Source: Planctomycetota bacterium (GTDB lineage Bacteria > Planctomycetota > MHYJ01 > WSZJ01). From it: a DNA stretch of 64,000 nucleotides. Position 1 is the stretch's first letter; each line of letters opens with the position of its first letter. Below, one piece after another: positions 28,714-37,264 of this stretch. Made by a program: the position numbers and the translations under genes. Location of the stretch: the NCBI GenBank assembly GCA_038060895.1, contig JBBTCT010000002.1, positions 128,001 through 192,000 of the forward strand, written 5' to 3'. Under the pieces are notes generated by a model. That model was not told where the DNA came from. It saw only the letters and a program-made list of their open reading frames with translations, and ran no database searches.

Positions 28714-28920
28714 ACTTCCGCCGACGAACGACAGTTCGGACAGATGAGGTGGTGAGAAGCCCCGTCGAGGCCGATGCGGAACGGCTTCGCAGAATTTCAG
28801 GACAGCACATTCATCAATAAGCTATATATACATATTAAATGACGCTGCATACTGCATATAAATGTTATATCTTCACCAACCCCTCCCCGCGCGGCTTCGC
28901 GCCACTCGGCCTGTTCCGCG

Positions 28921-29211
28921 CTACTCCGAGGGCCCTCCGCAACAAAACAAGAACGCCCGGGCTCCGTCGGATTCCTGCTCGGAAGAAATGAGCCGGTGCC
29001 CCAGCACGCTGAAACTCGCCGGGACCCGTTCCCAGGCCGGCGGAAAATCCAGAATGACCTTCAGGCAATCCCCCGGCCCGAGATCCTCCATCGCCAGCCG
29101 GGCCTTGATGAAGGTGTAGGGGCACTTCTCACCCCGCAAGTCGGCGACCCGGCTCGCGGGGGAACGCGGCGCCTTGGCAGCGTGGACGGCAGGGTCGTGG
29201 GATTCGGGCAT
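28921..29211 (-). CDS. TusA/SirA family sulfur carrier
   Basis: DLRGEKCPYTFIKARLAMEDLGPGDCLKV. Confidence 0.8.
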   Translation of the reverse strand: MPESHDPAVHAAKAPRSPASRVADLRGEKCPYTFIKARLAMEDLGPGDCLKVILDFPPAWERVPASFSVLGHRLISSEQESDGARAFLFCCGGPSE

Positions 29212-29284
29212 GGACGCGCGAAAAATGCTACCGGGGCGGTCCCCGGGATACAATGCCCGGTCATCGCGGGCCAGGCCCGCAGGA

Positions 29285-29304
29285 ATTGACGCGGTGCGTC
29301 AATC
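29285..29304. repeat. 20-bp palindromic repeat, copy 1
   Basis: ATTGACGCGGTGCGTCAATC, identical to 30137..30156. Confidence 0.9.
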
Positions 29305-29329
29305 AGCTACAGGGGAGAGGGAAACGACC

Positions 29330-30133
29330 ATGAAACCACTGTTGACCGCAATCTTCACCGCCATCCTGGCGGCCCCGGCCGCGTTTGCCGAGGACTGCAC
29401 TTCCTGCAAGCCGGGAAAAATCTGCCCGCCGCACGACGGGGCCGACGAGGCCGCCATCAAGGACGCCACACCGCTTCTCAGGGACAAGGACATGGAGAAG
29501 CGCCGCGAGGGGCTGGACCGGCTTGCGATCGCGGCCGCAAAACATTTGAACGCTCGTTCAAAGAAAATCACGAACGAGTTCATGCGGATGCTGGCGGACC
29601 CGGAGGCGACGGTGAAAGGGTACGCGGCGGAGCGGCTTGGCGCGTGCGGCGAGGAAGCGACCGCGGCCGGAACCCTGGCCGCGGAGGTGGCGAAGATGGA
29701 GAAAGCGCTGGCGATGGACAAGCCGAATGCGGAAAAGAAGGAAGCGGAGCTGAAGAAGTGGGAAGAGCAGCTGCGGACGCTGTCGAACTTTTTCGTGGGA
29801 CTCGCGAAGCTTACGACGCAGCCTGCGGCGGCAGCGGCATTCGAGAAGGGAATCAAGAGCGCGAACCCGTGGGTGTGCAAAACCGCGGCGGAGAACTGCA
29901 AGGGCTTCAAGAAGAACAAGGCCGTTGCAGGCGCCCTGATCACCGCGCTGGCGTCGTATTTCTCGAAGAACGTGACGGAAGGGAACAGCGCGGCGTGGAC
30001 CGCGGTCTCGATGGCGCTTCCCGAGGTGTCGCAGTGCAACGACATCCCCACGCAGAAGGACGGGACGGACGCCGCGCGGTGGAATTCGCAGTGGCAGAAG
30101 TGGTGGCGGGACAACGAGAAGTCGCTGAAGTAG
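29330..30133 (+). CDS. exported HEAT-like helical protein with N-terminal CxxC...CxxH
   Basis: RBS GGAGAGG, signal peptide (AFA-ED), CTSC...CPPH, terminal WQKWWRDN. Confidence 0.75.
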   Translation: MKPLLTAIFTAILAAPAAFAEDCTSCKPGKICPPHDGADEAAIKDATPLLRDKDMEKRREGLDRLAIAAAKHLNARSKKITNEFMRMLADPEATVKGYAAERLGACGEEATAAGTLAAEVAKMEKALAMDKPNAEKKEAELKKWEEQLRTLSNFFVGLAKLTTQPAAAAAFEKGIKSANPWVCKTAAENCKGFKKNKAVAGALITALASYFSKNVTEGNSAAWTAVSMALPEVSQCNDIPTQKDGTDAARWNSQWQKWWRDNEKSLK

Positions 30134-30136
30134 CGG

Positions 30137-30156
30137 ATTGACGCGGTGCGTCAATC
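30137..30156. repeat. 20-bp palindromic repeat, copy 2
   Basis: Identical to 29285..29304; 3 bp after the stop codon. Confidence 0.9.
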
Positions 30157-30168
30157 CCTGCCGCTCCG

Positions 30169-31002
30169 CTACTTCTTTCCGAGGCGTTCCGCCAGGTACT
30201 CCCCGTACGGGTCGTAGCCCGTCTGGATCTCGTGCGGGTCCTGCCCGAGACGCGTGTACTTCTTCATCTGGTCGTCCGTCAGGACCTTCTTGAACTCGCC
30301 GTTCAGCGTCGCCTTCTCCGCCATGAGCCGCGCGAGGTAGGTTTCCTCCGTGCCGGGGATCTTGTCGGTGAAGAGCTTCATGAAGGCCGCGGTCGCCTTC
30401 TCCTGGGCGTGCTCGGGGTCCTGCATCGCCAGGACGATGTCGTCGAGGATGTTGGTGCCGTCGTTGCGCGGCGTCGTGACGATTGCGAAGCAGACTTTCT
30501 GGGAGGCATTGATCGCCTCCGCCATCTGGTCTTCCTGCAGCTCGTTCAATTCCAGATCTTTGGAGATTTCCGCAAGAGGGACCTTCTTGTCGTCCCCGAA
30601 GAGCCCGCCTTTTTTCTGCTTCTGGCCGGCAAGTTTTTCGTCAACCTTTTTGGAAACGATGTCGTCGATCGCCGAAGGGTCTCCGCCGGCGCCCCCGGCG
30701 GCCAGTGCGTTCTTCTCCAGCGCGTCGAGGCGGCGCGCGAGCTCTTCAGACTTCTCGCCAACCGCTTCGTCGACGGCCTTCCGGGCAGCTTTGACGGCGG
30801 CCGAGCTGACGCTTGCGGGATCGGAGGCGCCCGGGTCGACGCCCGCCTTCTTCAGGATCTCCGCCGCTCCTTCGGGCGTGGACTGCCGCGCGACGGTCGC
30901 CTCGAGGTCGCGAAGTCGCGCTTCCTGGCGCCGGATCAGAAATCCCTCCGCGACCGTGATGGCGGTAAGGGCGACGAGGACGAAGGCCAGGGCGGGCTTC
31001 AT
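30169..31002 (-). CDS. membrane-anchored coiled-coil hypothetical protein
   Basis: RBS AAAGGA, N-terminal hydrophobic helix, LELNELQ and VLTDDQMKKY (LTxxQ-like) motifs. Confidence 0.7.
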   Translation of the reverse strand: MKPALAFVLVALTAITVAEGFLIRRQEARLRDLEATVARQSTPEGAAEILKKAGVDPGASDPASVSSAAVKAARKAVDEAVGEKSEELARRLDALEKNALAAGGAGGDPSAIDDIVSKKVDEKLAGQKQKKGGLFGDDKKVPLAEISKDLELNELQEDQMAEAINASQKVCFAIVTTPRNDGTNILDDIVLAMQDPEHAQEKATAAFMKLFTDKIPGTEETYLARLMAEKATLNGEFKKVLTDDQMKKYTRLGQDPHEIQTGYDPYGEYLAERLGKK

Positions 31003-31113
31003 GGAGATTCCTTTCGACAACGGGTCCGTGGTGAATCCTACAGCACGCGGCGCCCGGAGGTTTCGCGAATCCGCCGGAAACTCTGAGCGTGAGAGAAAAC
31101 CCGGGTTGCTTAC

Positions 31114-31199
31114 GCCGTTTTCCCAGGGCGCGTGAAAAGAGCGAGCGACGGCGCGAGGCTCGATCGCGCGATGGCGCTCGCTTTTTTCTCGCGCTCTCA
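31114..31199 (-). repeat. hairpin repeat element (MITE/REP-like), short copy
   Basis: Both arms are shared with 59843..59977; begins with the TGA stop of gene 31197..32165. Confidence 0.8.
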
Positions 31200-32165
31200 G
31201 TGGCCGGCGGAAGCGCGCGGCGCGGGGGCCACTGCAGCACGGAGCGAAACAGGGACGTCGAGCCGCGGGAGCTGGGAGCTGATCTCGAGGACGGTCGTGC
31301 CGGTCGAGTGAAGCGTCGTGTCACCGCAGCGGAGTGTGCTGGAAGCGACGAGGGTGTTGTAGCAGTAGAGCTTGTTTCCCGAGGGGTCGCTGTACTCGAC
31401 GCCGATCGCGTGAGCCGGGCTGCCTTCGATTTCCCAGGCCACCGGTCCCTCCGCGGTCTCCGCCCGGAAGGTCCGCTTCCAGTCCGCCCCTTCAAGACGC
31501 CCGCCCGCGAGGGCGCCCAGCGTATTTCCGGGCCAGACGCGTCCGCCCCATGCGACGCCGACCGAAGCGACGATCCCCGGGCCCGGGGAAACGGCCTCGG
31601 CGAAACCGGGGCCCTCGGCGAACTCGGTCGCGTGGGCCCAGGTCCAGCCCTTGCCCAGCGCCGGAGTTGCGAAGTGTCCCTGGCAACCGGGGGCGTTTTC
31701 CAGGTCATAGGTGCGCCCGGCGATGGAAACGGTCCCGGTGAACTGCGTCCGCGGGGTGGGAATGGAAAAGTGGGACGCCGAGAACGCGCGGACGAGAGGC
31801 GGCGCCGCGAAATACGTGACGGGGTAGGGCTTGAAGCGCAGGTTCCACGCCGCCAGCGCGGTGCCGCGGATTCGGGCGGTCGCGTGGTCTTCGGTGAAAC
31901 GGCCGGGCCCGATATGCAGATCAAACGCGAACGGGTCCGCGCGGAATTCGCCCTCTCCGAAGATCTCTCGTGCCGCGGCGGGCGGAGCATCCTGCCGGAA
32001 CTCGAACGCCCACAGCCCCGCGAACGCGGGGCCCTCCAGCGGGGAAACGAGCGTGTAGCGCAGCCAGAACGCCGCGCGCGTCTTTGGATCGTGGATGATG
32101 AAGTACCACGACTCGAGCCAGCCGCGGCGCTGTCCGTCCCAGAGCATTCGGTTGTCGGGATTCAC
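31197..32165 (-). CDS. tocopherol cyclase/CrtC-like beta-barrel protein
   Basis: WLESWYF...AFWLRYTL, FTGTVSIAGRTY, PGCQGH, WTWAHA. Confidence 0.6.
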   Translation of the reverse strand: MNPDNRMLWDGQRRGWLESWYFIIHDPKTRAAFWLRYTLVSPLEGPAFAGLWAFEFRQDAPPAAAREIFGEGEFRADPFAFDLHIGPGRFTEDHATARIRGTALAAWNLRFKPYPVTYFAAPPLVRAFSASHFSIPTPRTQFTGTVSIAGRTYDLENAPGCQGHFATPALGKGWTWAHATEFAEGPGFAEAVSPGPGIVASVGVAWGGRVWPGNTLGALAGGRLEGADWKRTFRAETAEGPVAWEIEGSPAHAIGVEYSDPSGNKLYCYNTLVASSTLRCGDTTLHSTGTTVLEISSQLPRLDVPVSLRAAVAPAPRASAGH

Positions 32166-32278
32166 GGGTGCGGGAGTTTATGAGCCTGGCGTGATCTTGG
32201 GAAGCGAGGGAGCGCGCTCCTCCGCTTCCCAAGACATCCCGCCGTCGCTACCCTTGTGAGCCCTTTACCGGAGTGACC

Positions 32279-33382
32279 ATGCCCGATCTTCGCGGCGCCG
32301 TGATGGCCGCACTTCAGACCGTGAACGACCCCGAACTCAACCGTGATCTCGTTTCGCTGAACATGGTGAAGGGGGTTGCCGTGGACGGCGGGGCGGTGGC
32401 GATCGACATCGAGCTCACGACGCCTGCGTGCCCGCTCAAGGCGCAGATCGAGAGGGAAGTGACCACGGCGGTAGGCGCGGTTTCCGGCGTGAGCTCCGTG
32501 AAGGTGAAATTCGGGGCGCAGGTGCGCGTGGCCGCGACGGCGCAGGGCGGAATCCCCGGCGTGAAGCACATCATCGCCGTCGCTTCGGGGAAGGGCGGCG
32601 TGGGAAAGTCCACGGTCGCCGCGAACATCGCGATTGCGCTCGCCATGGAAGGCGCGAAGGTCGGCCTGCTCGACCTTGACCTCATGGGTCCCTCGATCCC
32701 GCTCATCATGGGGCTGCACGGGCAGTGGCCCGAGGCCGATCCGCAGGGGCGCGCGATACCGATCGAGCGGCTCGGCGTGGGCGTGATCTCATTCGGGTTT
32801 TTCCAGCCGGCGCAGGATGCGCTGGTCGTGCGCGGCCCGATCCTCTCGGGATACGTGAAGAAATTCCTGCAGGACGTCGTCTGGGGGGAGCGCGACTACC
32901 TGATCGTGGACCTCCCGCCCGGCACCGGTGACATCCAGCTTTCGCTCTGCCAGTCGATCCCGATGAGCGGCGCGGTCGTCGTCACTACGCCGCAGGACGT
33001 CGCTCTTCTCGTCGCGACCAAGGCCATTTCCATGTTCAACCAGCTCAAGGTTTCCATCCTTGGCATGGTCGAGAACATGTCGTCGTTCGAGTGCCCGCAC
33101 TGCCACAAGACCACCGACATTTTCGGCCACGGCGGCGCGCGCGAGGCGGCGACGCGCATGAAAATTCCCTTCCTCGGCGAGATTCCCCTCGACGCCGCGA
33201 TCCGCCACGCGGAAAACGACGGCGTCCCCGTCGTGAAGGCGATTCCCGACGGCGCGCAGGCGAAAGCCTTCCGCGAGACGGCCCGGAACCTCGCGGGCCG
33301 CGTCTCCATGCGCGTCCTCGGCGGAGACGACCTCGACCGCGTCATGACGAAAGCCCGCACGCTCTTCCGCGCCCCCGCTTAG
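32279..33382 (+). CDS. mrp: Mrp/ApbC/NBP35 Fe-S cluster carrier ATPase
   Basis: VNDPEL, LTTPACP, SGKGGVGKSTV, DLPPGTGD, VTTPQ, ENMS, CPHC. Confidence 0.95.
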   Translation: MPDLRGAVMAALQTVNDPELNRDLVSLNMVKGVAVDGGAVAIDIELTTPACPLKAQIEREVTTAVGAVSGVSSVKVKFGAQVRVAATAQGGIPGVKHIIAVASGKGGVGKSTVAANIAIALAMEGAKVGLLDLDLMGPSIPLIMGLHGQWPEADPQGRAIPIERLGVGVISFGFFQPAQDALVVRGPILSGYVKKFLQDVVWGERDYLIVDLPPGTGDIQLSLCQSIPMSGAVVVTTPQDVALLVATKAISMFNQLKVSILGMVENMSSFECPHCHKTTDIFGHGGAREAATRMKIPFLGEIPLDAAIRHAENDGVPVVKAIPDGAQAKAFRETARNLAGRVSMRVLGGDDLDRVMTKARTLFRAPA

Positions 33383-33402
33383 TTCATTCACGGAGACTCA
33401 CC

Positions 33403-34851
33403 TTGGCCACTGACCGCGACGTCCTCCTCGTCGTCGACAAAGCCCAGCGCGGGCCGATTGACGAAGTGCGCCTCGAGTTCGATCCGCTCGCCTACAAGAT
33501 TCCCCCGCACATCACGCTCGTGTACGGCGACGAAGGCTCAAAACTCGGCGCCGCCAGCGTCTCCCGCGCCGCGTCCTCGCTCTTCCGCATGGTCCTCCGC
33601 TTCGATCGCATCCAGGTCGTCGGCGAGCGCAATGTCTGGCTCATGGCGGATGAAGAATCGGCAGCGTACGTCGAGGGAATCCGCAAGCAGCTGCTGGAAG
33701 GGAAGTGCAACCCGCGGATCGTGCTGGGCCGCGGCAAGGACCGCAACGAGGCGGAGAAGATCCGCGAGCACGCGATGAAGAAGCTGCGGCTTCCGTGCGT
33801 GATCGAGTTCAGCGAGGTGCTGCACGAGGAGGTCCTGGTCGACGGGTCGAGCCGTGCGATCGGGAAATTTCCGCTGCGGCAGGATCTCCTCGTTTTCCAG
33901 GCGACGCGCGCGGCAAGGTGGCTGTGGAACGTCTGGCCCTTCGAAGCGGGGAGCCCGCTGGACGTGAGCAAGACGGCGTATCGCCTCCTGACGCACCTCG
34001 TGCCGCTCGAGGAAGAGACGATCAAGGATACGACGTGGGCGGGGGTGCGGACGCCCGATGAGCCGCTGGAACGGTTTGACATGAAGGAAGTGGTTTCGGC
34101 GGGGAGCCGTGCGCTGGCGGTCCTGAGATGGGATTCAAAGGAGAAGAAGCGGTACGTGGAAATCCACGCACACTCGCTTCCCGCCTCGGCGAAAGTGCGG
34201 GATGCCGAGGGAATGGTCGAAGCGACGCGCAGGGAATTCGAGGGGACGCAGTACTCGGCGATCAAACTGTTCCTCTGGGGAGACCGCCGCGCGGACAAGA
34301 CGCCGGGCGACCTGTGGCACTTCGATTCCGTCGAGACGCTCGGGAAGATTCCCGAAGAGGTCGGGTACGACGTGCCGCCTGGGCTGGAGATGAAGCGGGA
34401 ATCGAACGTGGAATTCATGGAGGATTACCGGCAGCTCTACGAGGATCACCGGAAGGCGCACCCGAACGTCGCGGAGTTTGCGGACGCGGAGATGATGCGC
34501 ATGAACCTCTCTTCGGGCGGCGTGCTGACGCTTCGCGACGCGGGCACGGTCCTGGGCGTGGTGGGCTGGCAGCTGGCGCCGCAGCCGCAGTGGGACGTGA
34601 CGTGCCACATGGTGGACGACGTGATCGTGGCGGGGAACCGCCGCTGGCGGGGTTTCGGGAAAGTGCTGCGCGCGGTGGCGGCGAAGGCGATGGACAGGCG
34701 GATCAGCGAGTACCAGGCGGGGAGGATCCGGGCCTACAACATCGCGGCGCTGTCGGGCGCGCTGGAGAATGGAAGGAGCATTGTCGCGACGGAGATCTGG
34801 GTGGATGCGAGCGCGAAGCAGGGGTGGAGGCGGTACTCGCTCGACGCGTAA
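33403..34851 (+). CDS. 2H-phosphoesterase-like domain fused to C-terminal GNAT-like domain
   Basis: TTG start after GGAG; FDPLAYKIPPHITL (first HxT; second degenerate, NPRIVLGR); VDDVIV...RRWRGFGKVL...NIAAL. Confidence 0.6.
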   Translation: MATDRDVLLVVDKAQRGPIDEVRLEFDPLAYKIPPHITLVYGDEGSKLGAASVSRAASSLFRMVLRFDRIQVVGERNVWLMADEESAAYVEGIRKQLLEGKCNPRIVLGRGKDRNEAEKIREHAMKKLRLPCVIEFSEVLHEEVLVDGSSRAIGKFPLRQDLLVFQATRAARWLWNVWPFEAGSPLDVSKTAYRLLTHLVPLEEETIKDTTWAGVRTPDEPLERFDMKEVVSAGSRALAVLRWDSKEKKRYVEIHAHSLPASAKVRDAEGMVEATRREFEGTQYSAIKLFLWGDRRADKTPGDLWHFDSVETLGKIPEEVGYDVPPGLEMKRESNVEFMEDYRQLYEDHRKAHPNVAEFADAEMMRMNLSSGGVLTLRDAGTVLGVVGWQLAPQPQWDVTCHMVDDVIVAGNRRWRGFGKVLRAVAAKAMDRRISEYQAGRIRAYNIAALSGALENGRSIVATEIWVDASAKQGWRRYSLDA

Positions 34852-34868
34852 AGACGCACATCAAGTAC

Positions 34869-34896
34869 TTAATTTATAATTATAAATTATAAATTT
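34869..34896. other. A/T-only tract containing a perfect 18-bp palindrome
   Basis: AATTTATAATTATAAATT at 34871..34888, between convergent genes. Confidence 0.8.
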
Positions 34897-34939
34897 CCTG
34901 TCTGTGGGCTCGTCGCGGTTCGCGCCGGCGACGAAACGG

Positions 34940-37264
34940 TCATTCCGCGTCGAGCGCCTCCAGCAACGCGCGCCGCAGTCCTTCGAAATTCTCGGCGTCC
35001 AGTTTCCCGAAGTCGATGCGGCCCGCGTCGTCTTCCGACGATTTCCGGAATTCGCCCGCGAGGCCGAGGTAAGCAGCGATGCCGGACCGGAGTTCGGCGC
35101 GCGACGCATTTGACTTCGCGATCCACAGCCGCAGCAGTTCCGCGTCCTGCGCGCCGCGACGCAGCATTTTCAGGCGCAGCGTTGCGTAAGGGCCGCGCGG
35201 GAGCCCCGGCTTTGCGGGGAGAAGAAGCGCCGTGTCCACGGGCTTCGACCAGGCGTCCTGCGTGCCGATCGCGAGCCACGGCACGACGCCGTCGCACCCG
35301 TCGAGGAACGCCTGGACGCACCACGCGCGCGCGGACTGGCCGTTCGCGCCGGGAGCAGGAACGCCGCCGTAGGTCCACACGGCCTCGCCGCGGTCGAAGA
35401 CGAGCTGCGGGTGCTCGCGGTAGACGGCCGAGATCACGTCGAGGCCGACGAGCCCGTCGAGGTGCCCGCGCCGCCACTGCGGGCGCGACAGGTCAACGCG
35501 GAATTTCAGCGGCGAGCCGGGGACTTGCGCGAGGGCTTCCCGGGTCAGCCGCCCGAAATACGCGATCGCCAGGAAGTCGTCCCGGTACGCCGGTTCGTCC
35601 AGCAGCCACCACGAGGAATTGCGGTCCGCCTTCCAGTAGCTGCTCTTGTCGTTCAGGTAGAGCTGGAACATCGTCTTCGGCCACGGCAGGCAATGACGCG
35701 CTGCGTCAACGACCGCCGCCCGGAATGCATCCCCGTACTCCTTCGGAAACCCCTCCTCCACCGGCGGCGCTTCACGCCAGTGGTCCTCCAGCTTTCCCTT
35801 CCACTTGTAGCTCCCCAGGATCGGGAGAGGCCAGTTCTCCGAGAACGGCATGTAGAAATGGTCGATCGGCGCGCCTTCGCGGGGAAGCCCCTGGAAGGCG
35901 GTGCCCTCGAAGTACGGCGCCCAGCGGGCGTCCCAGGCCTCCCACGAAGCGACTTTCCCGTCCTTCAATTCCGGCGCAAATCCTTCTTCCATGTTGCCGT
36001 GGTGCGAATACGGCACGACGGCAATCGTCGCGCGGTGCTCGTGCGCCATCCGGTGGAACGCGCGCTCGAGGTCGAGGAAGGGCCGCGAAGCGGGCTTGTC
36101 CCCGAGCGTGGACCCCGGCGAGGAATAGCAGTTGAGCGACACGTGGAATGCGAGCTGGCCGGGGATCACGGCCTTGTGCACGGTGAGCAGAACGGGCACG
36201 TCCTCGCCCGCGATCGAAAGCGTGAGCCCCGTCTCTCCCGGCTTCGCCGACCATGGAACATACCGTTCGACATGGAAAAGGCCCGGCCCGGAGTTGCCGG
36301 GGACCAGGGGGTCCGCTGCATCGCCGACTTCGAAGACTTTCGAAACGGCGAAACCCTCGCCGGCGATCTGGCCCTCGACATCGAGAGCGACCTCGAAGCC
36401 GACGTGCTCGCCGCGTGCCGCGTGCAGCACGATCCGGCGGCCATCCCAGAGCCGCCGGGCGACCGGCGCTGCCGCGGACCATTCGCCCTCATGGAGGATC
36501 CGGAAGCGACCCTCCGGTTGCGCGGGCGCCCTCACGGCGAGGATGCGATTCAGCAGTTCCGGCGACCGATCGGTCACCGGCTGGCCGGGCGCGAACTTGA
36601 ACGGGCGCGCTCCGGAAGCCGGCGGCTCCGCGTCGCTCCACTTCTCGACGAGCACGTACGGCGCGCTCGCGTTCTGCTCCCGGCTGAACACGTCGTTGTT
36701 CGCGCGCGTCTGGCCCTTCTCATCCGATACCGCGAACCCGAACGAGTTTCCTTCCGCCATCGCGTGGAGCACGCGCGTCGGAAGCGGCACCGAGAGCCAG
36801 CCGTCCTTTTCCTCGCGGATCTCCACGGCGTCCCACACCGACCCGCCTGCGCCGAAGGCCGCCCCGAGGAAATCGCTCCCCGGCCCCGCCCAGTCGCGGT
36901 CGTGGCGCGCGGCCTGGAGAAAGCACGACTCACCTTTCGCGGCCGGCGCGTCGGCGCCCGCACCTTCGCTCCAGGCAGTCGCGACCGTCGAAACTCCCAG
37001 GGTCTTCAGCCGCACTTCACTCGAAGCGCGGACCCAGAGCCGCGCCGATTCGACCGTCTTCCCACGGATCGCAGACACATCGACGTCGAAGAGCAGGATG
37101 TGCTCGATCCCTTTCACACGCAGCCTCGACTTCGCGCCGGCGTTGTTCGCGCGCTCGCTTTCCGCGATGCAGATCGACGTGTCGGCAGTGACGGGGAGGC
37201 GAAGCGGGTCTGCGGTTGCCGAGAGAACGCCCAGCGCGGCCAGCGCCACGGCGCGTACGATCAC
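34940..37264 (-). CDS. exported DNRLRE-like + DUF4091-like (glycoside hydrolase-like) protein
   Basis: GTGA-coupled; signal peptide; ADTSI...LLFDV...SARLW...SRE; LDEP; TLRLKMLRRGAQDAELL. Confidence 0.65.
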   Translation of the reverse strand: MIVRAVALAALGVLSATADPLRLPVTADTSICIAESERANNAGAKSRLRVKGIEHILLFDVDVSAIRGKTVESARLWVRASSEVRLKTLGVSTVATAWSEGAGADAPAAKGESCFLQAARHDRDWAGPGSDFLGAAFGAGGSVWDAVEIREEKDGWLSVPLPTRVLHAMAEGNSFGFAVSDEKGQTRANNDVFSREQNASAPYVLVEKWSDAEPPASGARPFKFAPGQPVTDRSPELLNRILAVRAPAQPEGRFRILHEGEWSAAAPVARRLWDGRRIVLHAARGEHVGFEVALDVEGQIAGEGFAVSKVFEVGDAADPLVPGNSGPGLFHVERYVPWSAKPGETGLTLSIAGEDVPVLLTVHKAVIPGQLAFHVSLNCYSSPGSTLGDKPASRPFLDLERAFHRMAHEHRATIAVVPYSHHGNMEEGFAPELKDGKVASWEAWDARWAPYFEGTAFQGLPREGAPIDHFYMPFSENWPLPILGSYKWKGKLEDHWREAPPVEEGFPKEYGDAFRAAVVDAARHCLPWPKTMFQLYLNDKSSYWKADRNSSWWLLDEPAYRDDFLAIAYFGRLTREALAQVPGSPLKFRVDLSRPQWRRGHLDGLVGLDVISAVYREHPQLVFDRGEAVWTYGGVPAPGANGQSARAWCVQAFLDGCDGVVPWLAIGTQDAWSKPVDTALLLPAKPGLPRGPYATLRLKMLRRGAQDAELLRLWIAKSNASRAELRSGIAAYLGLAGEFRKSSEDDAGRIDFGKLDAENFEGLRRALLEALDAE

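Noticed and set aside
28842-28870. dif-like sequence (GCATAC-TGCATA-TAAATGTTATAT)
   Set aside because: Arm spacing is off by one, the XerC arm matches poorly, and it lies next to parAB/parS, where dif is not expected.
29285-30156. FNR/CRP box or CRISPR repeat interpretation of the 20-bp palindromes
   Set aside because: Half-site spacing is too long for FNR/CRP; there are only two copies ~850 bp apart and no cas genes.
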